Translations under genes and position numbers: made by a program
Assembly: GCA_049647745.1 (NCBI GenBank)
Contig: JBARYG010000002.1
Span: forward strand, 13,383 to 77,382
From: Mesorhizobium sp.
GTDB lineage: Bacteria; Pseudomonadota; Alphaproteobacteria; Rhizobiales; Rhizobiaceae
Reading direction: 5' to 3'
Length of the DNA: 64,000 nucleotides
Notes under the pieces: model-generated
Told to the model about the DNA's origin: nothing
The model's database searches: none
Seen by the model: the letters and a program-made list of their open reading frames with translations, nothing else
Shown here: positions 1 through 9,095 of the stretch, in pieces
How the letters are laid out: every line of letters begins with the position of its first letter
How positions within the stretch are numbered: the first letter of the stretch is position 1

Positions 1-1
1 A

Positions 2-400
2 ATCGGCGTGGCGCAGGCGCTGCGCCGCTGGCACAATCCCGCCCTCAAAGTCTTTGCGATGGAGCCGAGCGAAAGTCGCACTATCGAATGCTGCATCGCC
101 GCCGATCATCGCATCGAAGGCATTTCCGACGGTTTCATTCCGACGATCTACGAGCGCCATCGCGGCGAGATCGATGAAATCATCTGCGTCGACAGCCAGG
201 TTGCCATCGACGAAGCCAAAAGGCTGGCGAGCGAGCAGGGCCATTTCGTCGGGCCGAGCAGCGGCGCCAATTTCTGGGCTGCCCGCGAGGTGCAGCGCCG
301 ACATAAGGAACTGAAGAACGTTCTCACCTTCCTGTGCGATCGCGGCGAGAAATACCTGTCCTTGATGTACGGAGCGAAGACCACGGCGAACAGCAACTGA
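2..400 (+). CDS. PLP-dependent cysteine synthase family protein (CysK/CysM/SbnA-like), C-terminal part; 5' end outside window
   Basis: Frame is open from the window edge to TGA 398-400. Translation KVFAMEPSES..IEGISDGFIP..FVGPSSGANFWAA..CDRGEKYLS matches the C-terminal half of the cysteine-synthase fold. Confidence 0.75.
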   Translation: MGVAQALRRWHNPALKVFAMEPSESRTIECCIAADHRIEGISDGFIPTIYERHRGEIDEIICVDSQVAIDEAKRLASEQGHFVGPSSGANFWAAREVQRRHKELKNVLTFLCDRGEKYLSLMYGAKTTANSN

Positions 401-888
401 CGGCGCCGGTCGAAAACAAGCCGCGGCATCAAGAAAGGAAGTCCCATGCCCGTTGCTCAGTCCACCGCCGCCAAAAGAGTTCTTCTCGAATACCTCAACG
501 CAGGCCCCGTCATCTCGCCGACCGTAACGGCTGCCTGATGGCTGGAAATATCTGCAACACCGATGCCTATGAGGCTGTCGGTACCGCCATCCATACAGCC
601 GTGCGCGCCATGTTCGAAGAGCAGATCGCTGGGCAGTCGAGGACGGCGCAGATTTTCTCACTGCGGAGACCCTTGATTGGTACGGCGAAGCCGAGATTGA
701 GATCGACGTGATGAAAAAGACAGGGTTGCCAAGGTGACGCCTCCACCCACCATAGGGTTGATCGAAGAACACGAAGCCATGATCGTCTTGAGAAGGTGAT
801 ATTGCATTCGTCCGTCAGTAGGGATTCGATCACCTGGACATGCCCAACCTGTAGGGCAAACTGCATCAGGCATCGTTGGAGGAAAAAA

Positions 889-1323
889 ATGAAAGCACGA
901 TCGGCAACCATTGGAGACCTCGAAGCTGTCTTTCGCAACTTGTCTAAGCGGATGTCGAACGAGTATGTTGCCGCTGGAAAAGACAGCAAAGCTGTCTACG
1001 ACACTCTGATGATGGACTTGAAGGAAGGGCGAGCGCACGCGCTTGTCGAAGATGATACTACCGTCGCGATCATCGCGTGGCATGAGCATGCCGGCGTAGC
1101 GGATACTCTGTTTTCTGCCCGGGACGATTTCTTCACCGCCAAGACTGTTCGCTTCTGCAAACGACATATTCGCCAAATCCAGGCGCTCACTGGAAACATG
1201 GCCATACACTCGCGAAGCTGGCTCGACCGCGCCGAGGTTGTGAGATGGTTTCGAATAATCGGTTATGTTGAACGCGGCCGAGAAAATGGCGCGCAACTGT
1301 TTGAGTTGCCGCCATCCGACTGA
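889..1323 (+). CDS. Hypothetical protein, weakly GNAT-acetyltransferase-like
   Basis: ATG 889 is preceded by GGAGG. 144 aa; the N-terminus MKARSATIGDLEAV and C-terminus RWFRIIGYVERG are only loosely GNAT-like. Confidence 0.4.
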   Translation: MKARSATIGDLEAVFRNLSKRMSNEYVAAGKDSKAVYDTLMMDLKEGRAHALVEDDTTVAIIAWHEHAGVADTLFSARDDFFTAKTVRFCKRHIRQIQALTGNMAIHSRSWLDRAEVVRWFRIIGYVERGRENGAQLFELPPSD

Positions 1324-1674
1324 GGGATCAGTTCGTGGTGTAGTGGCCTTTCAGGTTCTGGACACTTGTCTATCCAGTCTCATGCCCAAGGTGGCCCACG
1401 ATGAGCCTGCCACTCCCTACCAATCCTCTTTCGCTTCTGCGAACGTAGATAAGCAAGTTGTATCTGACGCTGAACGATCATCTGCCGCCTGAGCGCAGCC
1501 TGAGTGTCGAACCGGGACTGTCGCGAGAGACACTACGTAAAGTGATGAGGGTCTGAAGGTCGATGTCGGTATCCCAGCGGCATCAGCGGCCCGTCGCAAA
1601 TCATTGATGAGCACGTCTGCCAGAGCCGACCGCCGTTGCTCCGTAATCTGCGGAATTTTATCGTTGTAAGATTG

Positions 1675-2124
1675 CTACTTGATGACAAGTACAGGAATTT
1701 TCGTGAGCGCGAGCACCTCGGAAGTCTGACTACCCAGCAGAGCCCTTTTGATGCCTCGACGCCCATGAGAAGCCATAACGATCAGATCGCATTCACGCTC
1801 CTCAGCCGCGCCAACGATAGCAATCGCAGGTAGAGCATCGGGAACATAAATGATGGTGGCGTCGACACCCATTTTCTCAGCCGAGACCTTCGCGGCGGAG
1901 AGGATGCTGTCTGCGAGTTTCCTTTGGCTGTCGTCGTACCTTGCGAAATCTGAAGACGAGCCCACCCAACTCTCCACCATTCCGACAGACGGTATTACCA
2001 TCGGCTGGGTCGCCGTAATTATGGTGACTTTGCTGCCGAGAACTTTCGCCAACGCCAATCCATGATCGACACCATGCTGAGCAAGGTCAGAACCGTCCGT
2101 CGAGATGAGGATGTGAGTGTACAC
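1675..2124 (-). CDS. Universal stress protein (single USP domain)
   Basis: 149 aa with (M)YTHILISTDGSDLA...DLIVMASHGRRG...GSQTSEVLALTKIPVLVIK, a typical UspA-family pattern. GTG start. Confidence 0.9.
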   Translation of the reverse strand: MYTHILISTDGSDLAQHGVDHGLALAKVLGSKVTIITATQPMVIPSVGMVESWVGSSSDFARYDDSQRKLADSILSAAKVSAEKMGVDATIIYVPDALPAIAIVGAAEERECDLIVMASHGRRGIKRALLGSQTSEVLALTKIPVLVIK

Positions 2125-2187
2125 GGCGTACCTTTGAATTCAGGACCGCCACCACAGTAGCCTCCGGTGCTTCTCCAAACAAGGAGC

Positions 2188-2214
2188 ATGACCGGCTCCT
2201 CATAAGCCGGTCAT
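2188..2214 (-). terminator. Hairpin between the two USP genes (possible terminator)
   Basis: ATGACCGGCT-cctcata-AGCCGGTCAT, a 10-bp perfect stem. On the minus strand it is followed by only a weak T-containing tract. Confidence 0.3.
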
Positions 2215-2450
2215 CCGTGTTCGCGGCCCAGCCACATGCAGGATCAGTCCCTCAAGTGCTGTGGAACTCGCCCAGAGAGATTTCCAGGAAGATCCAATGC
2301 CTGGTCGAACGCATATGGTGGCGTCAAACCACCAACCACCTCTCCGTGCGCAGGCGGCTAAGGAAAACAAGCTGCTCAACGCCCCTTTTCCATTTCAAGA
2401 GAGTGCCGGTCCGGCGGTGCAGCGGCCATCACACAATGACGTTCGGCCGG

Positions 2451-2900
2451 TCAGTGTACCACCAAAACTGGCGTATGGCTATGTGCAAGGACTTCCGCTG
2501 TCTGGCTCCCCATCAACATTCGGCTGATCCCGCGTCGCCCATGGGAGGCCATTACGATCAAGTCGCAGTCGAAGCTCGCAGCCGCTTCAAGAATCGCCGT
2601 GGCTGGGTGCTCGTTTGGAATGTGAACCACATTGGCTTCAATCGCCAACTTGCCAGCCTCGGCCTTGACAGCTGACAGGATTTCATTTGCGAACCGCTTC
2701 TGCCCCTCGTCGTAGCGCTCATAGTCGACGGGGCTACCAACCCATCCGGAACTCGTGGTCGCGCCCTGTATGGGGAAGCGCTCGGTAGCGATAACAACCG
2801 TTACCCTACTGCCAAGCGCCTTTGCCAGAGACAAGCCGTGATCAACACCGCGCTGTGCCAAGTCCGAACCGTCCGTGGTGATGAGAATATGATTGTACAA
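2451..2900 (-). CDS. Universal stress protein (single USP domain), paralogue of 1675-2124
   Basis: 149 aa with (M)YNHILITTDGSDLA...DLIVMASHGRRG...GSQTAEVLAHSHTPVLVVH. TTG start preceded by AAAGGGGA. Confidence 0.9.
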   Translation of the reverse strand: MYNHILITTDGSDLAQRGVDHGLSLAKALGSRVTVVIATERFPIQGATTSSGWVGSPVDYERYDEGQKRFANEILSAVKAEAGKLAIEANVVHIPNEHPATAILEAAASFDCDLIVMASHGRRGISRMLMGSQTAEVLAHSHTPVLVVH

Positions 2901-3154
2901 GGCTTATCCCCTTTTCCGGCGGTTCCATCGTACCTTGAGATAATCACCACAAGCTCGGCCAACAAGGAATGAGTCTTCGTTCCGTCGACACCCCTCAGCT
3001 TATATTTTCGGCTGTCATCGCATACGAGTTAACCCATACTCATCGCCCACAGCAGCTTGACGTAGCTCGGAGAATATATTTGCGGATGATGTAACAACCG
3101 CTTTCGCAAGAATGCTTCCGCAGGATACGCCGCTTTCTGGCACGCGCTGGCCGG

Positions 3155-3295
3155 CTACGCGACGGCCATGACAACGACCATCCCGATGACGATCAACACG
3201 AGACCGCCGGCCAGCATCGGTAGGAGCGTGGTTGACGAAGGTGCCTCCTGCTCGTTGAGGTGCTGATCCTGCTTCTTGTCGTTGCTATCGGTCAT
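3155..3295 (-). CDS. Small tail-anchored membrane protein (46 aa), last gene of the DUF2249 operon
   Basis: MTDSNDKKQDQHLNEQEAPSSTTLLPMLAGGLVLIVIGMVVVMAVA. The ATG lies inside the last codons of the upstream ORF (overlap). One clear TM helix. Too short for the supplied ORF track. Confidence 0.3.
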   Translation of the reverse strand: MTDSNDKKQDQHLNEQEAPSSTTLLPMLAGGLVLIVIGMVVVMAVA

Positions 3296-3557
3296 TGAAC
3301 GGCTTCTCCGCGTCACCTCGCCTTTCGACATTGCCCGTCATCGGGCTCAGCCGATGCAGCAGTCCATTGAAAATTCGCCATCGTGCCGGGTCTTCCAGGC
3401 GCAGCACGGCGCAAGCCCGTGCAGCAAGGCCGCATGCCGCATCAGCCTGCTCCGCAGCGGCCAGGGCTTGAAGGCTCGCACACAGGATCTCGCAAAGTTC
3501 ATCCACTATCGGTGCGGATACATTCTTAGCTTCTGTTTTATTGGAATCGCTCACCAT
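3285..3557 (-). CDS. Hypothetical 90-aa protein
   Basis: ATGGTGA start/stop overlap with the upstream Nfu_N-DUF59 gene indicates translational coupling. No family recognised. Confidence 0.45.
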   Translation of the reverse strand: MVSDSNKTEAKNVSAPIVDELCEILCASLQALAAAEQADAACGLAARACAVLRLEDPARWRIFNGLLHRLSPMTGNVERRGDAEKPFNDR

Positions 3558-4189
3558 CCGTCCCCATCAGCGATACCGAGGTGGCGTTTGGCCTCGACGC
3601 TCATCATCTCCGGGGTCCAAGGCGGTTCATAGGTGAGCTTCACGTCGACGAATTCGATGCCGAGGACCGACCATGCGGCATCCCGCGCGCCATCCTTGAG
3701 ATAGTTCGTCGCCGGGCAACCGCGTGTCGTCGTCGTCATGGTGATATTGGCGACGCCGCCGTCTTCAACCGCGACATCATAGATAAGACCGAGGTCGACG
3801 ATGTTGTAGCCGAGCTCTGGATCGATCACCAGCCGAAGCGCCTCCTTGACGGTTGCGACGATAGCTTGCGCTTCCGTCGAGCTCCCCTCGCCGGTGGCTT
3901 GGGCGGGCGCCAGAACGACGGGCGCACCCGACATGAAATGTTCCATGATGGCACCGAGCAACGCCGGCTTCAGATGCTGCCAATCGCCGCCGCTTTTCGT
4001 GATGGTGATGGTGTCGGTGCCGAAAGATAGCGCCGCGACGCCATCAATATTGAAAAGCTTGGCGGCGAGCGGCGAGCGGGCGGCGGCCCCCCGGTCCTGG
4101 ATTGTCAGCGTTCCCTCAGCCAGGACCTGCCGGCCGGGCAGGAATTTGAGGCTCGCCGGGTCCGATGTTGCTTCGGTCTGGATGAACAT
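3551..4189 (-). CDS. Nfu_N (NifU N-terminal-like) - DUF59 (MIP18/SufT-like Fe-S assembly) fusion protein
   Basis: Start chosen at ATG 4189 (MFIQTEATSDPASLKF...). The N-terminal half resembles the Nfu/NifU N-terminal scaffold domain. The C-terminal half (VIDPELGYNIVDLGLIY...TTTRGCPA...YEPPWTPEMMS) is a typical DUF59. Confidence 0.7.
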   Translation of the reverse strand: MFIQTEATSDPASLKFLPGRQVLAEGTLTIQDRGAAARSPLAAKLFNIDGVAALSFGTDTITITKSGGDWQHLKPALLGAIMEHFMSGAPVVLAPAQATGEGSSTEAQAIVATVKEALRLVIDPELGYNIVDLGLIYDVAVEDGGVANITMTTTTRGCPATNYLKDGARDAAWSVLGIEFVDVKLTYEPPWTPEMMSVEAKRHLGIADGDGW

Positions 4190-4218
4190 GTCGAAGGCTC
4201 CCGAAAGGGCGTTTAGGA

Positions 4219-4764
4219 TTAGGCCATGTCTGGCAGCGGCGCGCCCCTGGAACCTCCGATTCGCACGAGAATCTTGTAGGTGGCGCCGTCGGGCTCGAAG
4301 GCTCCCTTCCATGCGTGTCCGCGCTTTGCGAGTTCTGGAAGCAGAAATATCGGTTCGCGGCAAAGAAGCGCCGACATCACCTCGCCGGGCGCCATCTCCT
4401 CGGTTGCGGCCAGTATCCTGACCATGGGCTCGGGCGGGTCGAGGTCGCGATTATCCATGTTCCGGAGCGGCTCCGGCCAGGTGCCGTGGTCGCCAATTAC
4501 CGGTGCGTCAACCTTAGCCGGCCTGGGTGCGGCATTAGACGGCGAGAACAGGACCTCCCAGTCGCCCCCGTCCAATTCGCGCATTTCGTGTTCGAACCCC
4601 CTGGAGCCGAGGACATGCAGCAGGGGCACGGGCTTGAACGTCGCAACCAGGCGCAGTCCCTCGCCGGGCCTGAGTGCGTCCACCGCTGCCATGATTTCGC
4701 CGAACGGCTCGCCACCGGCACGCAGGGTCGGACGTACGTCGACGTCGACAAAAGATGTCGTCAT
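4219..4764 (-). CDS. Tandem DUF2249 domain protein
   Basis: ATG 4764 is preceded by GGAGGC. Two repeats of the DUF2249 pattern: VDVRPTLRAGGEPFGEIM...LRLVATFKPVPLL, and LDPPEPMVRIL...REPIFLLPEL. Confidence 0.7.
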   Translation of the reverse strand: MTTSFVDVDVRPTLRAGGEPFGEIMAAVDALRPGEGLRLVATFKPVPLLHVLGSRGFEHEMRELDGGDWEVLFSPSNAAPRPAKVDAPVIGDHGTWPEPLRNMDNRDLDPPEPMVRILAATEEMAPGEVMSALLCREPIFLLPELAKRGHAWKGAFEPDGATYKILVRIGGSRGAPLPDMA

Positions 4765-4780
4765 GATTGCCTCCAATGAT

Positions 4781-6136
4781 CTAGTCATGTTTTACGGAGC
4801 AGTACAGCAGCTGGGGCACGCGCACCCCGAGCGGCAGGCGTGTCGCAATGTTGACGTCGAGCAGCCGGCGGATACGCACCAACTGGCCGACGATGCCGAG
4901 GCTTGCGATGAGCATCAGTCCGGTGCAGATCTGGAACGCCATCGGTATCGCGAGCAACAAGGCGGCGGTCGCGGCCCACACGGCGCCGAAATAGAGGAAG
5001 AACCACCTGATGCCGCGACGCTCGACCACCAGGTCCTGCACCCTCGGCGTTACCGTCTTGCCAAGTACCGGTCCGTAGCATTCAAGCCAGGTCAGGAAGG
5101 CTGTGATCTTGTAAAGCTTGGCCAGCCCCAGCCCGGACAGCCAGCCGAATGCGACAAGAAAGGCGACGGCAGCAACGTGCCGGGCGAAAATGCCGAGAGC
5201 GGCCAGCACCACGATCAGAAGCACGCTCGCGGCGAGACCGGCCATTGCGAAGACGGCCATCCTGCTGTTCAGTTCGATCACTCGTCGCCTCCGCGCCCGG
5301 TAAAGGCGCGCGATGTCCGCGCCGTAGAGGACAAGCGCGCACAGGCTGAGCAACCCGGCCGCAAGCAAGACCGGTGTCAGGCTTGCCGTGAGACAGATCG
5401 CCACCACACCGCCGAGGATGGTGACAGCGAGTGCGGCAGTCCCGCAATAGAAGCCCACACGCGAGCGTGGGCTGTCAAGTTCGGGCGCCAGCATGAACAT
5501 TGCGAGAAGCCGGTAGCTCACCCCTATGGCGGTGAACGTCAACCAGCCGCCGAGCCCGGCGATCGCGTGCAGCGGCACACCGTTGGCGACGACGTCGGCA
5601 AGATGTGGATTCTCGGTGACCCCACCCAGCACCATGGTGAAAATGATACCGAACGTGACGGTCGCGGCAAGGCTGCAAAGACCGACGGCGACAAAGCGGG
5701 CCGGCAAGGGCAACGGACGGGCAGCCCAGAGCGTACGGCCGAGATTCCACAAGGCAAGGCCGAAGCCGATGGCCAGAAGAGCGGCGGCCACCGGAAAGAA
5801 GGCGAACGCGGTGGAGACGAAGCCGCCCATTTGCAGGAAGCCGAGAAGAAGTGCCGCAAGCCCAACGATCAGGCATACGAGTGTCGGCAGCGGCATCGAT
5901 TCGCTGTAGAGGGTGCGCGCCACCAGCACCGGAACGAACTGGAACAGTGCCCCGCACATGAGCAGGCTGAGCCAGCCCAGCACGACCAGATGCACAAGAA
6001 CGAGTGTCGACGCGGATTCCACCGGAGCACTAGGATAACCATATCCGAGTGTCATCAACAGTTCGGCGGCAAGGAACGCGATCAGCGCTGCCGCGAAGTA
6101 AGACATCGTCCAGCGGGAAAGCGTTGCGCCGAGCAC
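4781..6136 (-). CDS. Polytopic (about 12-14 TM) membrane protein of unknown function
   Basis: 451 aa, almost entirely hydrophobic helices. GTG start preceded by AAGGAA. Segment VHLVVLGWLSLLMCGALFQFVP is faintly reminiscent of heme-copper-oxidase subunit-I helices, but canonical ligand motifs were not seen. Confidence 0.7.
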   Translation of the reverse strand: MLGATLSRWTMSYFAAALIAFLAAELLMTLGYGYPSAPVESASTLVLVHLVVLGWLSLLMCGALFQFVPVLVARTLYSESMPLPTLVCLIVGLAALLLGFLQMGGFVSTAFAFFPVAAALLAIGFGLALWNLGRTLWAARPLPLPARFVAVGLCSLAATVTFGIIFTMVLGGVTENPHLADVVANGVPLHAIAGLGGWLTFTAIGVSYRLLAMFMLAPELDSPRSRVGFYCGTAALAVTILGGVVAICLTASLTPVLLAAGLLSLCALVLYGADIARLYRARRRRVIELNSRMAVFAMAGLAASVLLIVVLAALGIFARHVAAVAFLVAFGWLSGLGLAKLYKITAFLTWLECYGPVLGKTVTPRVQDLVVERRGIRWFFLYFGAVWAATAALLLAIPMAFQICTGLMLIASLGIVGQLVRIRRLLDVNIATRLPLGVRVPQLLYCSVKHD

Positions 6137-6211
6137 GATCGCGTTCCTTTTTTGGCGGTAGCGATGGTAGCGGTGCCGGCCGTTGAGCCGCCGGCACCGC
6201 TACCGGCGAAC

Positions 6212-6472
6212 TCAAGCAGCTTTCACCATGCGCCCGATCTCGACGCGCCATACCTGCGGACCCCTTTCCAAATAGGTCCAGGAAAACTGCTGCGGGTGTT
6301 CGGCCTCAAGCTGATAATAGAGCGGCTTTGGGTCATGATCGTTGACCAGGACAAACGAGCCACCCGGTATGAGTTGTCCCACAAGTTCGAAGATCTTTGC
6401 GTGTCGCTGTGCCGGCACGAGGCTTCGAACGTCGATTTCGCTGGCGGTGGAGGCCGATTGTGTCTGAGGCAT
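6212..6472 (-). CDS. DUF2249 domain protein (single domain), first gene of the operon
   Basis: Start at ATG 6472 (MPQTQSAST...). EIDVRSLVPAQRHAKIFE...VLVNDHDPKPLYYQL...WRVEIGR fits DUF2249. Confidence 0.7.
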   Translation of the reverse strand: MPQTQSASTASEIDVRSLVPAQRHAKIFELVGQLIPGGSFVLVNDHDPKPLYYQLEAEHPQQFSWTYLERGPQVWRVEIGRMVKAA

Positions 6473-6559
6473 GATGCAACTGCTCCGTAGGTCGCGCTTT
6501 TCGCCATCGGCCAGAAGGGATCGCGACCAGATCCGATCCGGGCCGTTGAGAGACCGCTT

Positions 6560-6582
6560 TGTGCAGTGCCCTTGGTTGCACA
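6560..6582. promoter_or_regulatory. Inverted repeat TGTGCA-N11-TGCACA upstream of the DUF2249 operon
   Basis: Perfect 6-bp arms, about 90-110 nt upstream of ATG 6472. Confidence 0.3.
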
Positions 6583-6597
6583 TTCACGTGTAAAAGG

Positions 6598-6612
6598 TAT
6601 ATTGTCAATATA
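6598..6612. promoter_or_regulatory. AT-rich perfect palindrome TATATTG-T-CAATATA upstream of the DUF2249 operon
   Basis: 7-1-7 palindrome in otherwise GC-rich DNA, about 125-140 nt upstream of ATG 6472 and just inside the IS66 remnant boundary. Confidence 0.3.
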
Positions 6613-6641
6613 TCTTTTATGAATCGATTCGGGCCCGCAGC

Positions 6642-6839
6642 CTACTTGGCGGTCCGAGCTATCGTTCGCCACGGCGACAAGTGGTTTGACTTCAGCCCAT
6701 GGCCGTCCGCAACCTCGTTCACAGTCGCGCCCGGTCTCAGGCTCTCCGAAACGATCATGGTCTTGACCTCATCAGGCCATTGCCGATGTCCTCCGCGTCC
6801 CGCCGTTCCAGTCGTGAGAATCTCCAGCGTGGTCTCCAT
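6642..6839 (-). mobile_element. IS66-family accessory protein TnpA, N-terminal remnant
   Basis: METTLEILTTG..RQWPDEVKTMIVSESLRPGATVNEVADGHGLKSNHLSPWR resembles the first ~60 aa of IS66 TnpA. No TnpB or TnpC follows. Confidence 0.55.
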
Positions 6840-7151
6840 GGAGAAACCTCCGCCCGTCCGTGGAAAGTCGACCACAGATCACCGCAGACGGAGCAATGTG
6901 GGGGAAGAACACCGGTTACGTCGAGCCGCTGCAGCGGACAAGTGATGCGGCGTGCGGCGGAGTTAATTTTGTGAGCCAACGTGGTAAGCTTGCAGCCGCT
7001 CAGGCCGGTATCATCTTCTTCTTGAGGCCGTTTCAGGCGATGGTCGCGCGAGGTAGGACCTTGTCGATTACGCCCTCGCCGAAGGCACAAATCAAGGTTA
7101 TAATTGTAGCGTCCGCGAGCGAATAATAGACGCCTCACCCCCGTCCGGCGA

Positions 7152-7388
7152 TCAAATGTCCTGATTGCTGGGCGTGCGTTTCCCAAAGGGAATAACCGCC
7201 CATGCTCGTTCATGAAGATAATACAGCACGACTTTTGTGATTACCTCGATACTCGCGATTGACCCCGCAAATTTGAGATTGCCGGTGATCAGCCAACTCA
7301 GGATAAATGTATCGATGCTTCCGGTCACTCGCCAAGAGACTGCCTTTGCAATCGAGCGGGTATGCGAGTCGCGGCTGGGGAGAAACAT
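7152..7388 (-). CDS. DUF2061 membrane protein
   Basis: 78 aa with KAVSWRVTGSIDTFILSWLITG...IEVITKVVLYYLHERAW, the DUF2061 signature. Confidence 0.7.
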   Translation of the reverse strand: MFLPSRDSHTRSIAKAVSWRVTGSIDTFILSWLITGNLKFAGSIASIEVITKVVLYYLHERAWAVIPFGKRTPSNQDI

Positions 7389-7418
7389 AAGGCTTAGCTC
7401 CAGAAACGTCCCGAAAGC

Positions 7419-8104
7419 CTAAATCATCTCGGCGATCGGAAGTCGATACAGCGATGTGCTTTGAATGAGCAACAAGCGTCCAGACCAGCGTCCTCGCTTA
7501 TGCTGCCTAACGATACGCAGTGCCAAGCGATCAGAGCGTATCGGTCGTGACACACGCAAGCAGAACGCCAACGACGCCAACCGGCGATCTGAATAGAGTT
7601 TGACGGGCCGTAGTCGGGACTGAAACAGGAGTGCCAGAGGACGGGCCGCCATCAGCGCGACCAGAGCCGCAGCGAGCGAGATCAGGATTGACGCCAGGGC
7701 AAACAGCGGGACATCCATCGGATCGCCGAGGGTCAGCACCATCTACCCAACGATTGTTACCGACAGGTTGATCATGCTGCAGTTCTCGTTGGACACGCGC
7801 TCGTTCAGCCAGCTTTCGATAACGAGGCACAGGCCGGCGAAACAGAAGCCGGTGACCGCCAGCATGCCCACCATGCCGCAGGGCTGGTCGTCAGCACGTG
7901 GATCATGACGACAGTCGAGGCAACAGCCGTGAGCGCGGTGAATGCGCGGATATGGCCGACACGCTGGATGATGTGGCAGCTAAGGAGGCATCCGAGCGCA
8001 AAACCGAGATAGTAGGAGGAACCAAGCAGCCCAATATCGAGCGGATCGAAATGCTTGAGGCTTGCCCTGACCAGCACACACCTTAAACCAATCAAGCTTC
8101 GCAT
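7419..8104 (-). pseudogene. MFS transporter remnant (N-terminally truncated, frameshifted)
   Basis: GLLGSSYYLGFALGCLL..RVGHIRAFTALTA is in one frame, VTGFCFAGLCLVIESWLNERVSNEN in a second, and LFALASILISLAAALVALM in a third. Confidence 0.55.
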
Positions 8105-8174
8105 TCACGCAAACCTAAACCGGACACCAGTGTCATCAACCTAAGCAGTAGGTCAGCGCCGGGTGCGACCGATG

Positions 8175-8411
8175 CTAGAGAGTTGACATAATCCGGATCA
8201 TATCCGGGGGCCTCGAAATAGTTCCGGCATTCCTCAGTGGTAAAAGCTGGCAGTTGATCGGCAACGACTGACTGCCGAGCAGTTCGGTTACGACCGTGAC
8301 TTCGCTGCCGTGTTTCTTCGCCAATGCCAAACCGTGGTTGACGCCAACCCATACCACCTCGGAGTCATCGGTGGGAATGGGGATATGGCGGTATATGCTC
8401 GCCCATTCCAC
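8175..8411 (-). pseudogene. USP N-terminal remnant
   Basis: IYRHIPIPTDDSEVVWVGVNHGLALAKKHGSEVTVVT matches the first ~40 aa of a USP and then loses similarity. Confidence 0.45.
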
Positions 8412-8699
8412 TCAGTGAAAGCCAAGCGCGCTCAACGCCGCCACTACGGCCAAGGCGGCGCATCCGAGAAAAATGACGTAGTTCATTGTAACCTCGTTGG
8501 GAGCTGATCAGATGTGCTGACCTTAGCCCGCCGGTAGAATGGCTGCTTTGCGTTCGCGCAACAAAAGCGCAGTATACCAAGGTCGTACATGCGTGAATTG
8601 ACAGATGGACGCTCGAAAAACCGGCTTGGTGGGGCCGACGGTGCCATAATGGCAGGCTGATTTCAGTGCTTGGGCGGATTTGGCGCTGCGTTTGACGGC

Positions 8700-9095
8700 C
8701 TGCAGTGCCGATAAGGGCGTTTCCCGGTATTCTGGACAGACTTATGCCGTGATCGCAAACTTTTCGTGGATGGGCGAACACATGCTCGATCCTGGCACGG
8801 ATCGAGGACTTGGCTGCATTGGCCCGCGCGGTCGCGATCGGCATCGACTTGCCTTTGGGCTTGCGCCGATGAATGCGACTGGTCAGCATGTGATCGTCCA
8901 GCCAGGCCTCGTTGCTCTGTGAGCGGTAGGTGCTGTCGGCCCAAACCTCGCTGCCGGTGTTCTGCCTGTCGATGACCTGGCGCAGCATCCGGCCATCGGA
9001 ATGAGATGCCGAAGTCACCGCCACAGCCCGGATGAAGCTATAGCGCCGGTCGTTGCGGGTGTGGCTTTTGTAGCCGAGAACAGGGATGGCGATCG
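8700..9095 (-). mobile_element. IS5-family DDE transposase fragment (boundaries approximate)
   Basis: IPVLGYKSHTRNDRRYSFIRAVAVTSASHSDGRML..VWADSTYRSQSNEAWL..RIHRRKPKGKSMP..RANAAKSSIRARIEHVFAH. No N-terminal part is present and the frame decays after EHVFAH. Confidence 0.6.

Noticed and set aside
401-888. Short ORFs after the cysteine-synthase-like gene: a 31-codon ORF from ATG 446 with an AAGGAAG site, then MAGNICNTDAYEAVGTAIHTAVRAMFEEQ.. continuing in another frame as ..DFLTAETLDWYGEAEIEIDV
   Set aside because: It looks like a degraded gene, but I cannot recognise the family or define a frame-consistent product. Not annotated.
2934-2947. TTGAGATAATCACC upstream of USP 2451-2900 as a FixK box
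   Set aside because: The second half-site does not match at the N6 spacing (the TCA falls one base early), so it does not meet the criterion used for the other boxes.
4280-6490. 736-aa plus-strand ORF, the longest in this part of the track
   Set aside because: It is antisense to the DUF2249 and membrane-protein genes. Its translation is Arg/Gly/Ala/Pro-rich low-complexity text with no recognisable domain. This is a typical shadow ORF of GC-rich DNA.
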